Assembly (NCBI GenBank): GCA_000708835.1
Contig: DF237002.1
Location: forward strand, 1 to 64,000
Source: Klebsormidium nitens
Taxonomy: Eukaryota > Plantae > Klebsormidiophyceae
Direction: 5' to 3'
Length of the DNA stretch: 64,000 bases
Positions within the stretch are counted from its first letter, which is position 1, and every line of letters starts with the position of its first letter. The notes under the pieces are model-generated. The model had not been told where the DNA came from. It ran no database searches and saw nothing but the letters and a program-made list of their open reading frames with translations. Position numbers and translations under genes: made by a program. This document shows positions 11,001 to 24,097 of the stretch, piece by piece.

Positions 11001-14000
11001 GCGTTTATCTGAGAAACACCCGCGAAAATGTCAGTCAACGTCGAGATAGGGATAGTGTATGAGGACGCCCTGACTAGGACCTTAATACGACAAACGCCAA
11101 ACGCGAGGCCTTTTGCTTGCAGGCATGCGGATTCCTGTTTTCTCATCAGCAACAGGAAAAGCGACGGTGAGTTCCTTCCTTGGAGCTCTTCGGTTTGGGT
11201 TCTCTAGCAGAAGATTGCGATCGACCCTCGCAAAAAGCCCCAGTCTCCAATCACCAAACCACTTGAGACAATAACCGTTTTTTGAAAGAGCAGATCACAG
11301 CGGGCCTGAAATGAAATGGAGTAATTTAATCTCCAAATCCACCTCCCAAACTGCGGTCTCACAAGGTGCGGTCGTGGGCGCCCCTCACCTGCTGTGTCTG
11401 CGCATCAGACTCCACAGAATTTGCTCGCGTGTACTCCCGGCGCATCCTGGCCTCTGCTTCTTGTAGCTCCTGGTTCAGCGTGGAGCACTCGACCTGGACG
11501 GAGAAGCATTCTCCACTCAGCTTCAGCAGCTTCCAACTTACATCTGGAATGGCGAGCAAGTTTTAAGGTACGCGACAAGCCATTCTCCCCCGAGTGCGCC
11601 ACCTACCGGTCTGACTTCGATGAATCCTTGGAGACTCTGATCTGGGCCCTGCCATCGGGCCCAGATGCTCCAGATGTCTGGCAAGTAGGCAGGTACTTCC
11701 GAAAGGGCTAGCTTCCGAACCAGAAATGCGTCCGTCGAACAACTTGAACAAGTTAGCCTGACATCATGCCCCTTCCATGAACGACGTCGCCGCCTTCCAC
11801 ACGACCGTTTTAAGCGATGCATACGAAGACGATTCGAATCGGTCGAAGTGCAAAAAAGCCGCTGCAGAATGTGCAGATTCCAAGTACGCCAAAAAGGCAC
11901 ACGAAAGCGTTGATGTCACGCAACCGACACTAGCGGGGTTTGCGCTGCGCCTCACCTCGAGCATCGATACCTTATGCTCCATGTCTGCCACCTTCTGGTT
12001 CCGCTCGTCCACCGTCCTCTGCATCCGCGCAAGGGCCGTCGTGCTCTCGGACATCGAGTTCTCCAGCTCCGTCTCCCTAGCAGCGGCCGCCTGCAAAATT
12101 CCCGAGTGTCAGCGACGAGGGGCCAATTGCCAAACTCAAACGAAGTTTCCGCAAATCCAAAGCTCCGTCTCACTGGCAATGGCCGCCAGCGGAACCCCCG
12201 AGGGTCAGCAACGAGGGGCCAAGTGCCAGGCTGTAACAAGCTTCCTCCCAAAATAAGTAATTTGACAGTTACCTGTCGTTCCATCTCCGTCGGCCTGTTT
12301 TCATCTGATCAAAAGGAAGACAATCGCGCAAAGATGCTCTTCCACTAAGTACAAGTCACCACTCCACTCAAGTGGGCCTCAAAGAACCTGAAGCGGGTTC
12401 GGCGGGGCTGCCGATAACTGTTGATCCAGATTAAGTGGATTCGTTTGCTTTTAAGCCCAGATCTTCCGTTCCACCTTCTCACCAAATCGCTTCAAAAGCG
12501 CAGTGGACATCGATAATTACAACAATTGCACCAGCATACCTGTCTTGAAGATGTGTGGGCCGCCCTCTCTTCGTCGAGTCTTTTCTCCACCGTTGTCAGC
12601 TCCTCTCGCAGAGCCTGTTGCAGAAGATGTTCCATGGGGTTGTCAATGTTAGCAGGCACCATCGACTCCAAACAGAGCAATAAGAACTGCTTGTGACAAA
12701 CACAATCATTTCAACATACCACCCACAGCGAGGCTTGATGTTGCAAGAAGCCAACCAGCCCTTCGACTCCGTCAAAATGAGAAAAAACATCACTCTGCCT
12801 GCAGTGAACGTTTACAACTAAGTAGCGCCCTACCTGCACCATCTTGGACTCGGTCATGTCCCGTCCTCTTGTCAGTGCCTCACTGTTTGCCTGAAAAGAG
12901 GATGGATACCAAATGTTGGAGCCATGTGTATAAACCATATGCATACAGGCCGACTTCAGAAACGCGACTTGGACGTTTGATCCCTCTCGAGGAGAAGAGC
13001 ATACCACAGCTTTCGCCTTTCAGAGATTCCAAGGGGACGAACAAACTTTATCAGGGTCTTCCACCAGGAGAAAGAGACAAAAGCAACAAGTCATTGTACA
13101 AGACTGCACTTAAAGGGTGGCCGGCAGACCGCGCCAAATCCGCTTCACTCGCTCGCCTCAACAGAAGCATACATGACGAGAGATCTCACACAGCAAACAA
13201 CACAAGAATCCAGAATAACAACCTACTTGCAACGCCGCCAGCTTGCCTTCCGCCATCGCTGCTTGCCGCTTTGCGCCTTCAAGAGCGACCGTCAGGTTTT
13301 CCAGTTCCGCATTCTTTGCAGTCAAGGCCGTGCTTAGACTCGACTCGACGGCGCCCACGCCTGCTCGCGCGGTCGAGAGCTCCTGCTGTAACCGCTGCAC
13401 CTCGGCTTCAAAAGCGCCTTGCTGTTCTCGCTGAAGAAAAGAAGCACACATTGCACGTCAGAAATGAATGTGCGGAAAGCACAAGTTTAGGCAGACTACC
13501 AAGGACCCCCTCCAGCATTTTCGAGTATTCGTGTCAACGGTCCAGATGCAACTCGATCGTCGCTTCCTTGAGGTAGAAACCTAGGGGTGTAGGGTGGATC
13601 AGCCAGAAGCCACGTTCTCTCTCGATCCGTTCTTGCAATTTTTCAATCACATGGAAGAGGGCCGCGGCACTTTAAACATGTTATCTTTATTTCAGAGTAG
13701 TGGAACGTCCAGAAGTTCATGTTCTCTGTCTCTCCATTCAGTCAGAAATAATGAACGCATGGGAGAAGCTGGGGCGATGATGTATCTTATCCGCAAGTAA
13801 AGAAAGTTCCTTTCTCTCATTTTTGTTCTGCCTTGAAAGTTCGGCCAGACTTCAGTGTCGGCCACCAGGAAAGCGAAATGGTTGTAAAAGAGCCCATGCA
13901 CAGCACGCGAGACCAGGACTCGGACCGCCAACCCTCGGTCACTCGACTGCTCCGCCCATGCCCTTTTCCCAGTAGACTTGACGAGTTTCTCAACCTTGCT

Positions 14001-15998
14001 TTGAAAGCAGGTTCATGGTCTGATGAAATGAGCAACAAGCAAACTCACCGACTGCTCCAGCATCTCCTCCAACTGTTCATTCTCTTTCTTGTACTCCGCA
14101 ACTCGTTTCTGAAATTTCTCGCAAATCTGCAAGCGATATCGAGCGGGTTTGCAACAACCTCGAGGAGCAGTTCTAGTAGCATAGTTCTACACCATATGAT
14201 CCCTGTGATCGCAAGAGTGGCAAGGAAACATCACACAATCTTCTTTCTAAGAACAGTACCGCAATTGCTTTTGTGATCGCAACACTGTGTCAAAAGTGCC
14301 CCTTGCTGGGGTCGTTCAATGGAACCTTACCCTTGCAAGCCTTGCCTCCTTGGTCTGTCCGGAGGTAGGTTGCTTCTTGAGCAACCCTTGCACCTGCAAA
14401 GAACAGGTGAGCTGATAGTTTAGAAGTTGACAACTGTAATGAGGGCCTCATACATCAATAATCAGTAGGTCCACATGAAAGTGATCGTCACTTATTCCAA
14501 ACATTGTAACCTGTAACCTACTGAACTTCAGTCAGGGGCGGCAGAGCACTTCTGCTCTCAGCAGTGGATGGGAATAGGACTCACCTCATCGGTCTCTTGC
14601 TGATTCTTTTGACTCTGATCATCACTCAGAGGCGCCTCTGGTGTTTCCTCAGTGCCGTTCCCTGTTGTTAAATCGACCTTCTGGCTGTCCTTCGGCACGT
14701 CAGGTTCAGAAGAGCTATCTGCGCCAGGCTTGCTCCCATTTGCATCTCCAGACGCCTCTGGATCTCTGGTGACAGCATCCTCGGTTCCATGAAGCTTCTG
14801 TAACCCCTCTCCATCATCTGCAACAGCCTCGGAGCCTGAAGTTCCTTCTTCCAGCTTTTCTGACTCAACTCCCTTCTCTGCTCCTCCGGGCACCTCACTC
14901 TGTGCGACTTCCTTAAGATCAGCCCCCGTCCCAACACTGTCTCTCAGCTCGGACTCGGACTCCAACGGTTCTGACGGGGGCTTGCTTCCCTGTGCTTCAT
15001 TATCAGGTTCCAGGCTTCTGTTAAGACCCGCAGCCTCATCATCGTCAGTGGCAGCTCCACTTCCCTTAATGTCGTTCTCCACCCTTGTATCCGACTCTGT
15101 CTTGTGAAAGGAGCTGCTGCGACTCACAGGCCGTGCAACAGGGTCGCTCTGCTGCAGAACCTAGAAATAAGAATAAATCAGATCTGCAAATCCAAATGAC
15201 ATGATGGTGTGGCTGCCACTATTCCAGCTCGAATACCAATAGCATTTACGAAGAAACAAGGGCCGACTGACAATTATGATCCCCGCTGTCAATGTTATGG
15301 AGATGAAAAAGTATACACGGCTGCAAATGCGAGCATTCAGCCCAAACGGAACAAAATCAAAGCAGCTCAGTATAGCTAAGCCAAGTGCTCAGAGACTTAC
15401 ATCATTCTTCCAGAGCCTGCTTCCTTGGCCAGATAATGTACTCTTCAGGCCAGCTGCAAGGATAAGTTATGGATATGTGAGGGGAAAAGGAGATGCATAT
15501 GCAAAAAACATTTATGCAAAGCACAGGAGCTTGCATTATGATCCCCATGCTTCAAGCAGAGGTGAGCAGTGGACAGGCCCGTTAGCTACCACACTTAAGC
15601 AGGGGAAGATGCATTTGGAATGTGCTCCGTAAAAGTTTCCACAGATACAGTAGACTGTGGTCTACCTTGGGCCCTCCCTGTTCTTCTTGCATCTTTTGGC
15701 TGTAGGACGGTGACACTCTTTGCTGTTTGATCCACTGCCTCAAAGAGCTCTGCATCGGGGAGAGACACGCAGGTTGACATGTTGAAACAGAGAGTGAGGT
15801 TTCAAGTCTGGGAACCCCAATGAGCTATCCAGGTAAATCAGGTGGTCAAATCAACTGCGAGAACATTCACCAGCATCGACATGACAGAACTTACTAGTAT
15901 AAAAAGGGTTGACACCTTTTTGACTTCTTTCAAGCATCACATTCCCCTTAGTCCTCACCTTCAGCCTTTTTGAACTGATTCTGCAACCAGGATGCCAT
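8028..15998 (-). CDS. GC1: Golgin-84 / golgin candidate 1 (coiled-coil, C-terminal TM anchor), 18 exons, about 713 aa
   Basis: Exons (minus): 15998-15959, 15749-15666, 15453-15401, 15160-14585, 14393-14331, 14126-14049, 13430-13227, 12890-12834, 12614-12540, 12090-11956, 11493-11389, 11008-10931, 10619-10503, 10050-9955, 9597-9512, 9229-9082, 8518-8474, 8129-8028. All GT-AG and phases consistent. Motifs MASWLQNQFKKAEELFEAVDQTAK, GQTKEARLAR, LEKRFRELTELLYSKQTQLE and AAKFLDFGTISAGRFLWRRPLARLGFLFYLVCLHGFIMYLLHRLQ match plant GC1/golgin-84. Confidence 0.95.
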
Positions 15999-17191
15999 AG
16001 CGCCCTGAGAAGTAGATCTCCCCTTGATTGACTATAAAGCTTCCAGCGTGTGGACACTAAGAGCTTGTTATGCTCTTTATCCTCAGGAAAAGTAGAGAGG
16101 AATGCACCCTCGATTGAAGCTTCTGCAAGCAGGTTTCTGATTGCCCCCCAAACCTTCACAGCAAAAAAAGCGCACGGCTTCAGGGAAACCCTTGACTTGG
16201 CAACTCCAATAATCGCCTCACATTGGCCTGGTTCCTGCCGCTCTGTGCCGCCCTGACACAATCAATGCAACATTGTCTGCTTCAATCCGATGCTACCTAT
16301 TACTTATGTTTGAATCTCTTCTCATGTAGATTTGTTTGAACACTGAAGAGTGCACAAGAAGCTCAAATGAACTCAGTTAAGAAGGCTGCCATGGCTCCAG
16401 CACCCGTAGCTTTAGATTCAGCAGCCAGCTACCTAGAGGCTAGTACTAGGTAGTAGATTCTGTCCTAGATTTGTTGAGCATTTGTTCTCAAATGACGAAT
16501 CAGATGCTGCCACGTAGGTAATGGAAAGCTTTAAAATTCAAAGAACTTCAAAGTTCAAACTTGCTTTTATATTTGCCTAGGATCCTAGATCCAGCAAGCC
16601 ATGAAGCGGTCGGCTTGCTGGAGCCTGGCAAGTTGCGCTTACGCCGACGGTATTCAAAGTAAGCGCATGTCATGCGTAATGTGAGGACGACAAGATATGT
16701 AATGGCTGATTGACAACATTTCAAATGGGAGAGCCGGAAGCACTATCAGGCATGATGCTTGCGATTCCCAAGGTAGTAATAAGAATGTTTCTATTTGAAA
16801 TACAAGTGAGACATGTCTGACTTGTGTAAAGATGCAAGCTTCTTCATCTTCTACTAGCTTCAACAGGAACAACCTCATTGAATTGGCTCTATCATGATGC
16901 GTGAGTGATCATGATAACTTAAGGGAATAATTTATGTCTGATGTACATTGCATGAAGTGACAAGACTGAAAGCAGGGTCTAAACGGCATGTACTTTGGCG
17001 TGCTTAAGAGAAATGCAGAGGCCTATCCACGTTATGGTACTAGCTCCCATCTAGCATATCTCTCAATTTGGTGGGTGGTACATCCGAGCACCATAGACGT
17101 GTCTCGTAAGCAGGCAAACAATGGTGAAAAGAATATATTGACCAAACAATTGCTTATAACATTTACAAAATGGATAAGACTCCTATACAAA

Positions 17192-19388
17192 TCACTCATT
17201 GAAGTGAACCCCACCTACCTTGTATACAAGATAGAATGTTCCAAGCATCAAAACGATGCTAAAAACGAAGCTCAAACCAAGCAGGATCTGCCCCGGCGTG
17301 ATCTCCCACTTCTTCTCCGCAGCTTGCGCCTCTTGCTTCAACTCTATTCTACTCTTCTCTGCAAAAAGGGAGCTATCCGGTCGGAACGTCGCAGGCTTGG
17401 TCGTCGTTTTCACAGGCCCTGAGTCCCCAAAGTCTGGCGGCATTCTTCCAGGATATGCCTCAGCCTTGGGCTTATACCGAGCACTTGTCGTGCTCTTCCC
17501 GTAGGGACTCATTGTCCCCGACCCCGTCCCGATCTTCACCCTCTTTCCCGCCGGCTTCGCTGCACCGCGCTCCCCAAACGGGTTCTTCGCACCACTCTCG
17601 CCAAACGGACTGGCCGACTTTGCGTCCCCCTCCCCAAATATGCTCTTCGTCTTGCTCCCCCCAAACGGGCTATCTACACTGCTCTCACCAAACGGACTCT
17701 TGACACTTGTCACCACGCCAGAAGAGCTCGCTGGCTGCGGCCCCTGGGCTGGCTTTGGCATATCCGGTGACGGAGTAGACGGTTTTGCGGGGGCGGCGGG
17801 CCTGGGAAGAGGCCCCGCTTCGGGCTTAGGGCCCATCTTTGGTTTAGCCGCCCCGGGCTTTGGCGGAGCCGCCCCTAGTTTTGGAGGAGCGGCGCCGGGC
17901 CGGGGGGGTGCGGCGCGCAGGGGAGTGCTGCCAGACCCCTGACCCCCATCTTTGCTAGAATCGGAGCTCTCTGCTGACCGCACACGGAAGGTTCTGTTTA
18001 GGCGGAGGGGGCTTCTGAGGGGGATGGCTGCTTGGCCCAGAACGGAGGGTGGGGGCTGAAGCGCGTTCCTCAACTGCAAAGAGGAAGCTGCTTTGAGGCA
18101 TTCCTTGCGAGGCTGCTTGTTTCGCAGGTTGGTGTTTGGCTGTGGAGTAAGTCTGACCAAAAGAAGGGGTTTAGTTGAGCAACTTGTCAATCCAAGAAAA
18201 CCGTAGGAATGCCAGATCTAGCGCAGCGCCAGCGTGTGGTGAGGCCAATCACAAAAATCCTTCAATCCTCTTCTTCAACCGTGTCCACAGCATTCCCTGC
18301 CACAAATTGTCCAAGAAAGTCCAGGAGGCAACAAAATGGATTTCTGAATGTCGGTGTGTCTTAACCAGAATGAGAAGAGATGATGACAGACGTAGAAAGC
18401 GATTGGTTTGAATCCTGAACGTTCATGCTGACAGCATTGCAGAGACAGACAAACATGAGTACTCAGAGATATATAGGGGACCTGTCCAGAAAAGTCCTAC
18501 GACAGCCCAAGCATCAGCAGAGCGCCCAAGCTTCTCTCACACAATTCGCCCTCCTACACAAGGAGGCCGGCCATTTTCACCTTGCTTTGTTACAAGCCAA
18601 TGTGCTCCATCAATCTGCACCGGGCCTTTTGCAGCACTCAGAAGTGGTAAGCTCGAACAAACTTAGACAAGAAGCCACTTGGACAAAAGTGGCGCCAACC
18701 AAGGCAGAGAGTTGTGCCGGTTGCCATTGCTGTTTTTGACACGAACTTTGCAAAAAACTTGGAGCGCTCTGAATTTCACCCGGAACAGGTAATTTGGTGC
18801 ACGAGTGGTCCTGCTTTCATCATGCACTCAGCTACTACAAACCAACTGGTGCGGGACCTTGCAATCAGGAATACGCGCAAAGGCAACTGGCAACGACTTG
18901 GGCAGGTCTACTAAAAGGTCGTTCAAGGTCCATAAGATAGAGATGTTCGAATGCCAAAAGGGCCAATGTCCGTTCCGCCAACAACAGTGCGCAGACTTGG
19001 CCAGCTTTCCTCTTCCGGAGAAAGACCCCGCTGACAGGAAGCAGAATGACTTAACAATTGACTGAAGAACGAACTGTCGCAGAGAGTGGATGAAAAGGTA
19101 CAGCGTTCCAACTCAAGCATAGGTTTTCTTGATGGGGCCAGTCCATAAATCGGGAATCCATCAGGACACCATCTTTCCATATCCGCCTACAATTTCTGCG
19201 CCGTCGCCCCTGTTTCTCAGCAATTAGCAAACGCTTTATCATTGTTACATGAACAAAAACCTGAGGACTTGCAATAACAGGTGCAGGACCAAACGAGAAA
19301 GTGACCATACCTGTGCCTGCCCTAATTGACACTTGAACGCTGGCGTGCCCTGCAGCGCCCCGCTGCTCCCCGCAAAAGCGACTGCCAT
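17192..19388 (-). CDS. Pro/Ala/Lys-rich, probably plastid-targeted single-pass membrane protein of unknown function, about 319 aa
   Basis: Exon 1 19388-19311 (gtcgccATGG; MAVAFAGSSGALQG...AQ|gtatgg). Exon 2 18073-17192 (ttcctctttgcag|LRNALQ). Transit-peptide-like N-terminus, PAAPxP and SPFGE repeats, C-terminal TM helix ending VYKVGGVHFNE. Confidence 0.8.
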
Positions 19389-19951
19389 GGCGACAGCCGA
19401 TGGAAGGCTGGGAAGACAACAACTCTTGACCACCTTTCGACGTCCGTCTCAAATTGCGAGCGCACTTGACCTTGAGCAGCACTTCACTCGAGGAAGAGAA
19501 AGAGACAGATGCCTGAGATGGCTGCAACTTCAAGTTCAACTTCAAGTTCCAAGGCTGTTCTACTTCAACTTCTACGGTGTAAGGCTGTAAGCAAGAAAGT
19601 CTTCAAGTTTGGGCAAGAAAATTCAAACAAAATCAGAGCAAAGCGGTTAACGGTAGCAACCTGCAGCGGAAACGGTAGCAGAGGAGCATTTGATCCGAGT
19701 CCCGTCCTGGGTCTACATAGCATCAGAACCTGGCACGCCGTAGGTTGAAGCGGCGTTGGTCCGGCAAACTGGCAAGCCGAATTTTGGAACAAATTTCAAT
19801 AGATTTCACTTGTCCAGTCGTCGTGAATCATTGACATTGGCCTCCTTTCCTTCTCCTTTCTTCTGGCACTGCCTTGGCCTACCGGACATTTACCTAGAGG
19901 CTAGGACACAGCATGTAACTAGGCCGCATTGCAAGCAGAGAAGGGCTCACC

Positions 19952-22738
19952 ATGGCTCTCGCCATCCGTTTTGGGCCGCAAGCTTCTCCTGCGGGCTTTG
20001 TGCGGGCGCCAACTCACAATGCATCAGCTTGGTCGCCAGGTCAGCAAGTGCAAAGCGGCTATTGCGTATTGTCTAGGCGTACGTTTGTCAGCAAGTCATT
20101 GGAGCAGAAACACCGTCTGCTGTCGCCAGCATTCTCAGATGCCGCGAGCAGGGTGACCATGGCAGGTAAAGACAAGATGGTAAGTGGTCGAGCACTTGAT
20201 GGTTCCCATTTTGAGCGCCTGCATTGACTGTCAGCGCAGAATCCATCAGTCCATGATGCCGTGCATGGTCGACCAAATAGGCACTGAGCTTAGGACTTGC
20301 AGCGAAAGCCCATCAATGGCAAGACTCGTTCAGCACACACAGGATTGGCTACTGTGTTAGAGTTAGTGCTTGGGCTCTTGACGTAACCCAGTCTTGCGCA
20401 GCGCTTTGACGCCCATTGTCCAAGCAGGCGCTATACAATGAAGTCTGTGCGTGGAAGTAGACTGCTTTGTAAGCTAATGTTACAACGGCTGAGAACGTCC
20501 AATGTAACATTGCAAAGCGGAAAGTCAGTCCCTTGGAGTAGCATGATTGGTGGTACCCTGGACCACATGCCGCAACCTGCTTGTGCCTATCGGCGCTTAT
20601 TTCTGAATTCTGGGGGGATACTTGCCTCAGTTCTGCACCGGAAGCAGAACAAGCGGACGTCATTGCTGCAGAAGCTTTGCGGTTTAGAAAACTTCCAGCT
20701 GTTTAAAGTACAGGGGAGCTGCCAGCTTGGCTGTTTGTTAGGGCGACGGAATAGGTTGGGGGCCTTACAATGTAGAAACATGACTTCTGAGAGTGAACGA
20801 GGGCCTAAAGTTTTGCTTAGAGTATGCAGAACATTTACCAGTTGTGGACATTCAGCCAAGAAAGCGCTCCCAGGATCTCGCACAATGTGAGGTACCACTC
20901 AAAAGCACTTCCCACATCGAAGCAGGAATAAAACCTGAGGGGGAACTCTGGCCTGAACTCGTCAGATCGGAAGCATCTCCACTTGCCAATGATCTGACGT
21001 GTGCTCACTCGCCTGCTTTGTGTATCCAAAGGTCAGTCTCTCCACAGGCAGACAATCGCTGCTGAATCACACTCTTAATCTTAAGGTTGCCCAATTGCCC
21101 CCCCGCTCCCTGCAGGACGATGCCAAGAAGGCCCTGGAACAGGCCCTGGGGGGCAAGAAGGACATCTTTGCTGACATCGACGAGCGTGTCGGCGGCAAAC
21201 GGGAAGCCTTCGGGCGGGAGCCCCGACGGGAGCCGAGAATTAAGGGGTGGCTTGGACGCGTTGGAAAGTTTGGAAAGGGCGGCTGGGGGGGTTCTGGGAG
21301 GGGTGGGGATGGGGGCCTCCCAGGGGGGGGTGGAGGTGGGGGCGGGGGTGGGGGCGATGAAGGTGGGGCAGCGGCAGGGTTCGGACAAGTCGGGCTGGCA
21401 TTGAGCTTCATGATTGGATTTGTAAGTGATTTCTTCTCTTGGTTCTTATCTGGTATGCATGCTGGAATTACCGCTGTTGCATTGAATTGAATCAAGTGCG
21501 TTGTGGCGGTCCAAACGTCCTGACGGTCTACGTTGCGCCGTCCCGCTCGAGTCTGCACTTGCTTTTGTACAGGCTTTTGTCCTCTTTGACTCAGCTTCGT
21601 GTCACATCTGCTTCTGGAAATCGTCCCTCCATCTGGTCAGAGTTGATCCGAGCTGATTCGTCTTTTGAAGCTGCTTCGACGAAGTATATTGACGCTTGGT
21701 GAATGGCCCTTTTTCGAGGAGTGGATGGCGCATTTCTTGTACAGCTTAAAGGTGGAAAGCTTCTAGGAGCCGTGCTTCGCTTTGGGACCCTGCGCTTCTA
21801 CAGACCTTTGTTGTGGCTTGTCCTTACCCACCTCATTGTGCTCGTCCCCTACGGTTCGCCCGTTGGCTTTGCGACTCTGCGCTGAAAGACATTCTTGGTC
21901 AGCCGCTGTTGAAGGCTCGTCTTAACCCCTAAACATGCGACAGACAACGACTAATGCCATGCAGCAAACTCGCTTGACTTGCAAGTGCGAAACGACCCTC
22001 TTAAACCTCCTCCATTGAATCCTGTTCATGCGCTGAAGGTCACGCTGCCAATCTCTCCGGCTTATGATAACTAACGGCGCCACATCGTCATCAAGACTAA
22101 GCTGGAATGCACACGGTCGATACTTGCCTTTCTTCCTGCAGTTCCTGTTCACCCGCTTCTGGAAGCCCGCCCTGGCCTTCATCACCAACGTCATCTTCAT
22201 CATCTTCTCCTTCGGGCGCTACCGCCCCGGTCAAAAACAGCGCCTGGCCCGCGAGCGCGCGCGGGCCGCTCTAGTTGCCACGGGACCGATCACCCTCGAC
22301 CTCGACGACGAAGCGCCCCCCCAGAAGGAAGAGATCATTGACATTGCTCTGCCCCCGGAAATAGAGCTGGACTTGGACGCTGAAAGCACAAGCGGGCGGA
22401 CGGAGTCGAGCGCCGTCCGTGCGAAAGCGCCTCGTGTGAATGCGGCCACCAGTGTGAACGCGCCCGAGCCTAGTGGGGAGGCAGCTGCGCCGGAGGGTGT
22501 GAAGAAGGCCAAGGGGGCGCTTGCGAGAGGCGCCGACGCTGCCAGGGGGGGAGCGGAAGCTGTGAGGGAAGCCGGGGAGAAGGTGGAATCGGCAGCGAAG
22601 TCTGCGGCGGGGGGGGTGAAGAGGCGAGTGAGAAGGACGGCCGAAGGGGCGGCGGAGGGGGCCAAGGAAGCGGCAGGAGCCGTGAAACGGACGGCGCAAG
22701 CGGGAAGGGAAAAAGTCACAGGAACAAGGTCTGGTTAA
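19952..22738 (+). CDS. Gly-rich, probably plastid-targeted membrane protein with Ala/Lys/Glu-rich LEA-like C-terminus, about 376 aa
   Basis: Exons 19952-20179 (|gtaagt), 21116-21421 (|gtaagt), 22142-22738, all phase 0. Transit peptide, then DDAKKALEQALGGKKDIF, poly-Gly linker, hydrophobic GLALSFMIGFFLFTRFWKPALAFITNVIFII. Confidence 0.8.
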
Positions 22739-24097
22739 AAAGTTTTGGTTGTTGGTCATTACGAGATGTTGCGGATCACGTTTCGCAACATAGTTGATCA
22801 GGGGGTTTGATGTCTGGACCGGCTTGATCGGAGGCAGGTGGAGAGTGTAGCTCGAAGGGTGGAGCACAGGAGGGCAAGGCCACCAGTGTGCTTCTGCCAT
22901 GTCGACTGCTTTTGGTGACTGATGCGCACTTTCTCGAGGAGTTGCCAAGTTGCGGAGTTTATAAGACGACAAGTCCATGGAATCACCCATTGGATTTTTT
23001 AGCTCACCTTGGGACTAACTTGCTTGGGCGAACGCAACGCATTTTTGACAATGAACGATGATGCGGCCTTTCAACGTAAGTACCGCTTTGTAAAATCAAT
23101 CCGGAGAGTACCGTCCTCTACGACCTCCAACTTAGCGTCCATACCCTTATTCGGATCGTATCTCCTTTTCGATCTCCTACATGCTGTTGCATGCACGCGC
23201 TTCGATATATCTATTGGATCCACTTGTATGGCCGATCAAATATTGCATGTATTGACAGATTGAAACTATTCCGTTTCCCCGCATGCAAGATAGGTGAATT
23301 AGTCGAACAATTATGCACATGGCTTCATTTGATGAGAGGGATGCACGTACGTACGTACGTTTGATTAGGTGCACATAGGCAGGATGTAACCCAGGGAACT
23401 AGCTGAACATGTGTCCCCAAATGCAGGGAACTAGCCCAGGCCCTGCGCATGAGGGTTGAGATAAGTTGGCCACATGTAACAGATGGTCAAGTGCTTCGGC
23501 AGATCAAAGCACACGTGCCGCACGTGCATTGAATCATCTAGATCTTTCAGTTGCGATTGATCGTCGCTGCCTCCTTAAAAGTTCAAATGCTTGGCAGCTT
23601 TTCATTGCTGCCGCACTGCCATCGTTCATCTGGAGAAAGCGCACGTGACCAGGCTCTACAGCCATCTACAAGGAGCAGCAACAGATTGCCCCTTCATTGA
23701 TTGTCTTTAAGAGGCACGGAGTACGATGGGTCGTGCTGACTGGTTCTAGATCGACCGGATTTCTAGATTCTGAAAGGCCACCCGTTTATCCTTTTGCAAA
23801 AGCCACAGTTTGCGACCATTGTAGAGGTGACAGATTCCCAGGCCGGCCGATGCAGGGGCCGGCCCAAGAGACCTTCTCCAGCAACGATCTGACTCGCAGC
23901 TCGGAGGGTGCTTAAAACTGCAAAAACTTTGACAGAGACACACGCCGTTTGCGGCTCAACAATCTATTGTGCCGCCCACAAACACGACGCTGGCGAAAAC
24001 GGGTCCCCCAGAAGGTTCCCCCAGCTTGAGGACCTCCCCAAGACAGAGCTTTGCCCGCAGCAAGATCGCGAAAAAGGCGCCCCTTTTCCCCTCGGGG

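Noticed and set aside
11640-11666. 10-bp-stem hairpin and a protein-like antisense frame in a golgin intron
   Set aside because: Short stems of this size are expected by chance in GC-rich DNA. No start or splice context.
18558-18574. Alternative first exon (MAGLLV) for the Pro-rich gene
   Set aside because: The 19388-19311 exon with the 18073 acceptor has better Kozak, donor and polypyrimidine signals.
21736-21850. Possible extra hydrophobic exon in the Gly-rich gene
   Set aside because: Its donor gives phase 1 while the next exon needs phase 0. The gene reads well without it.
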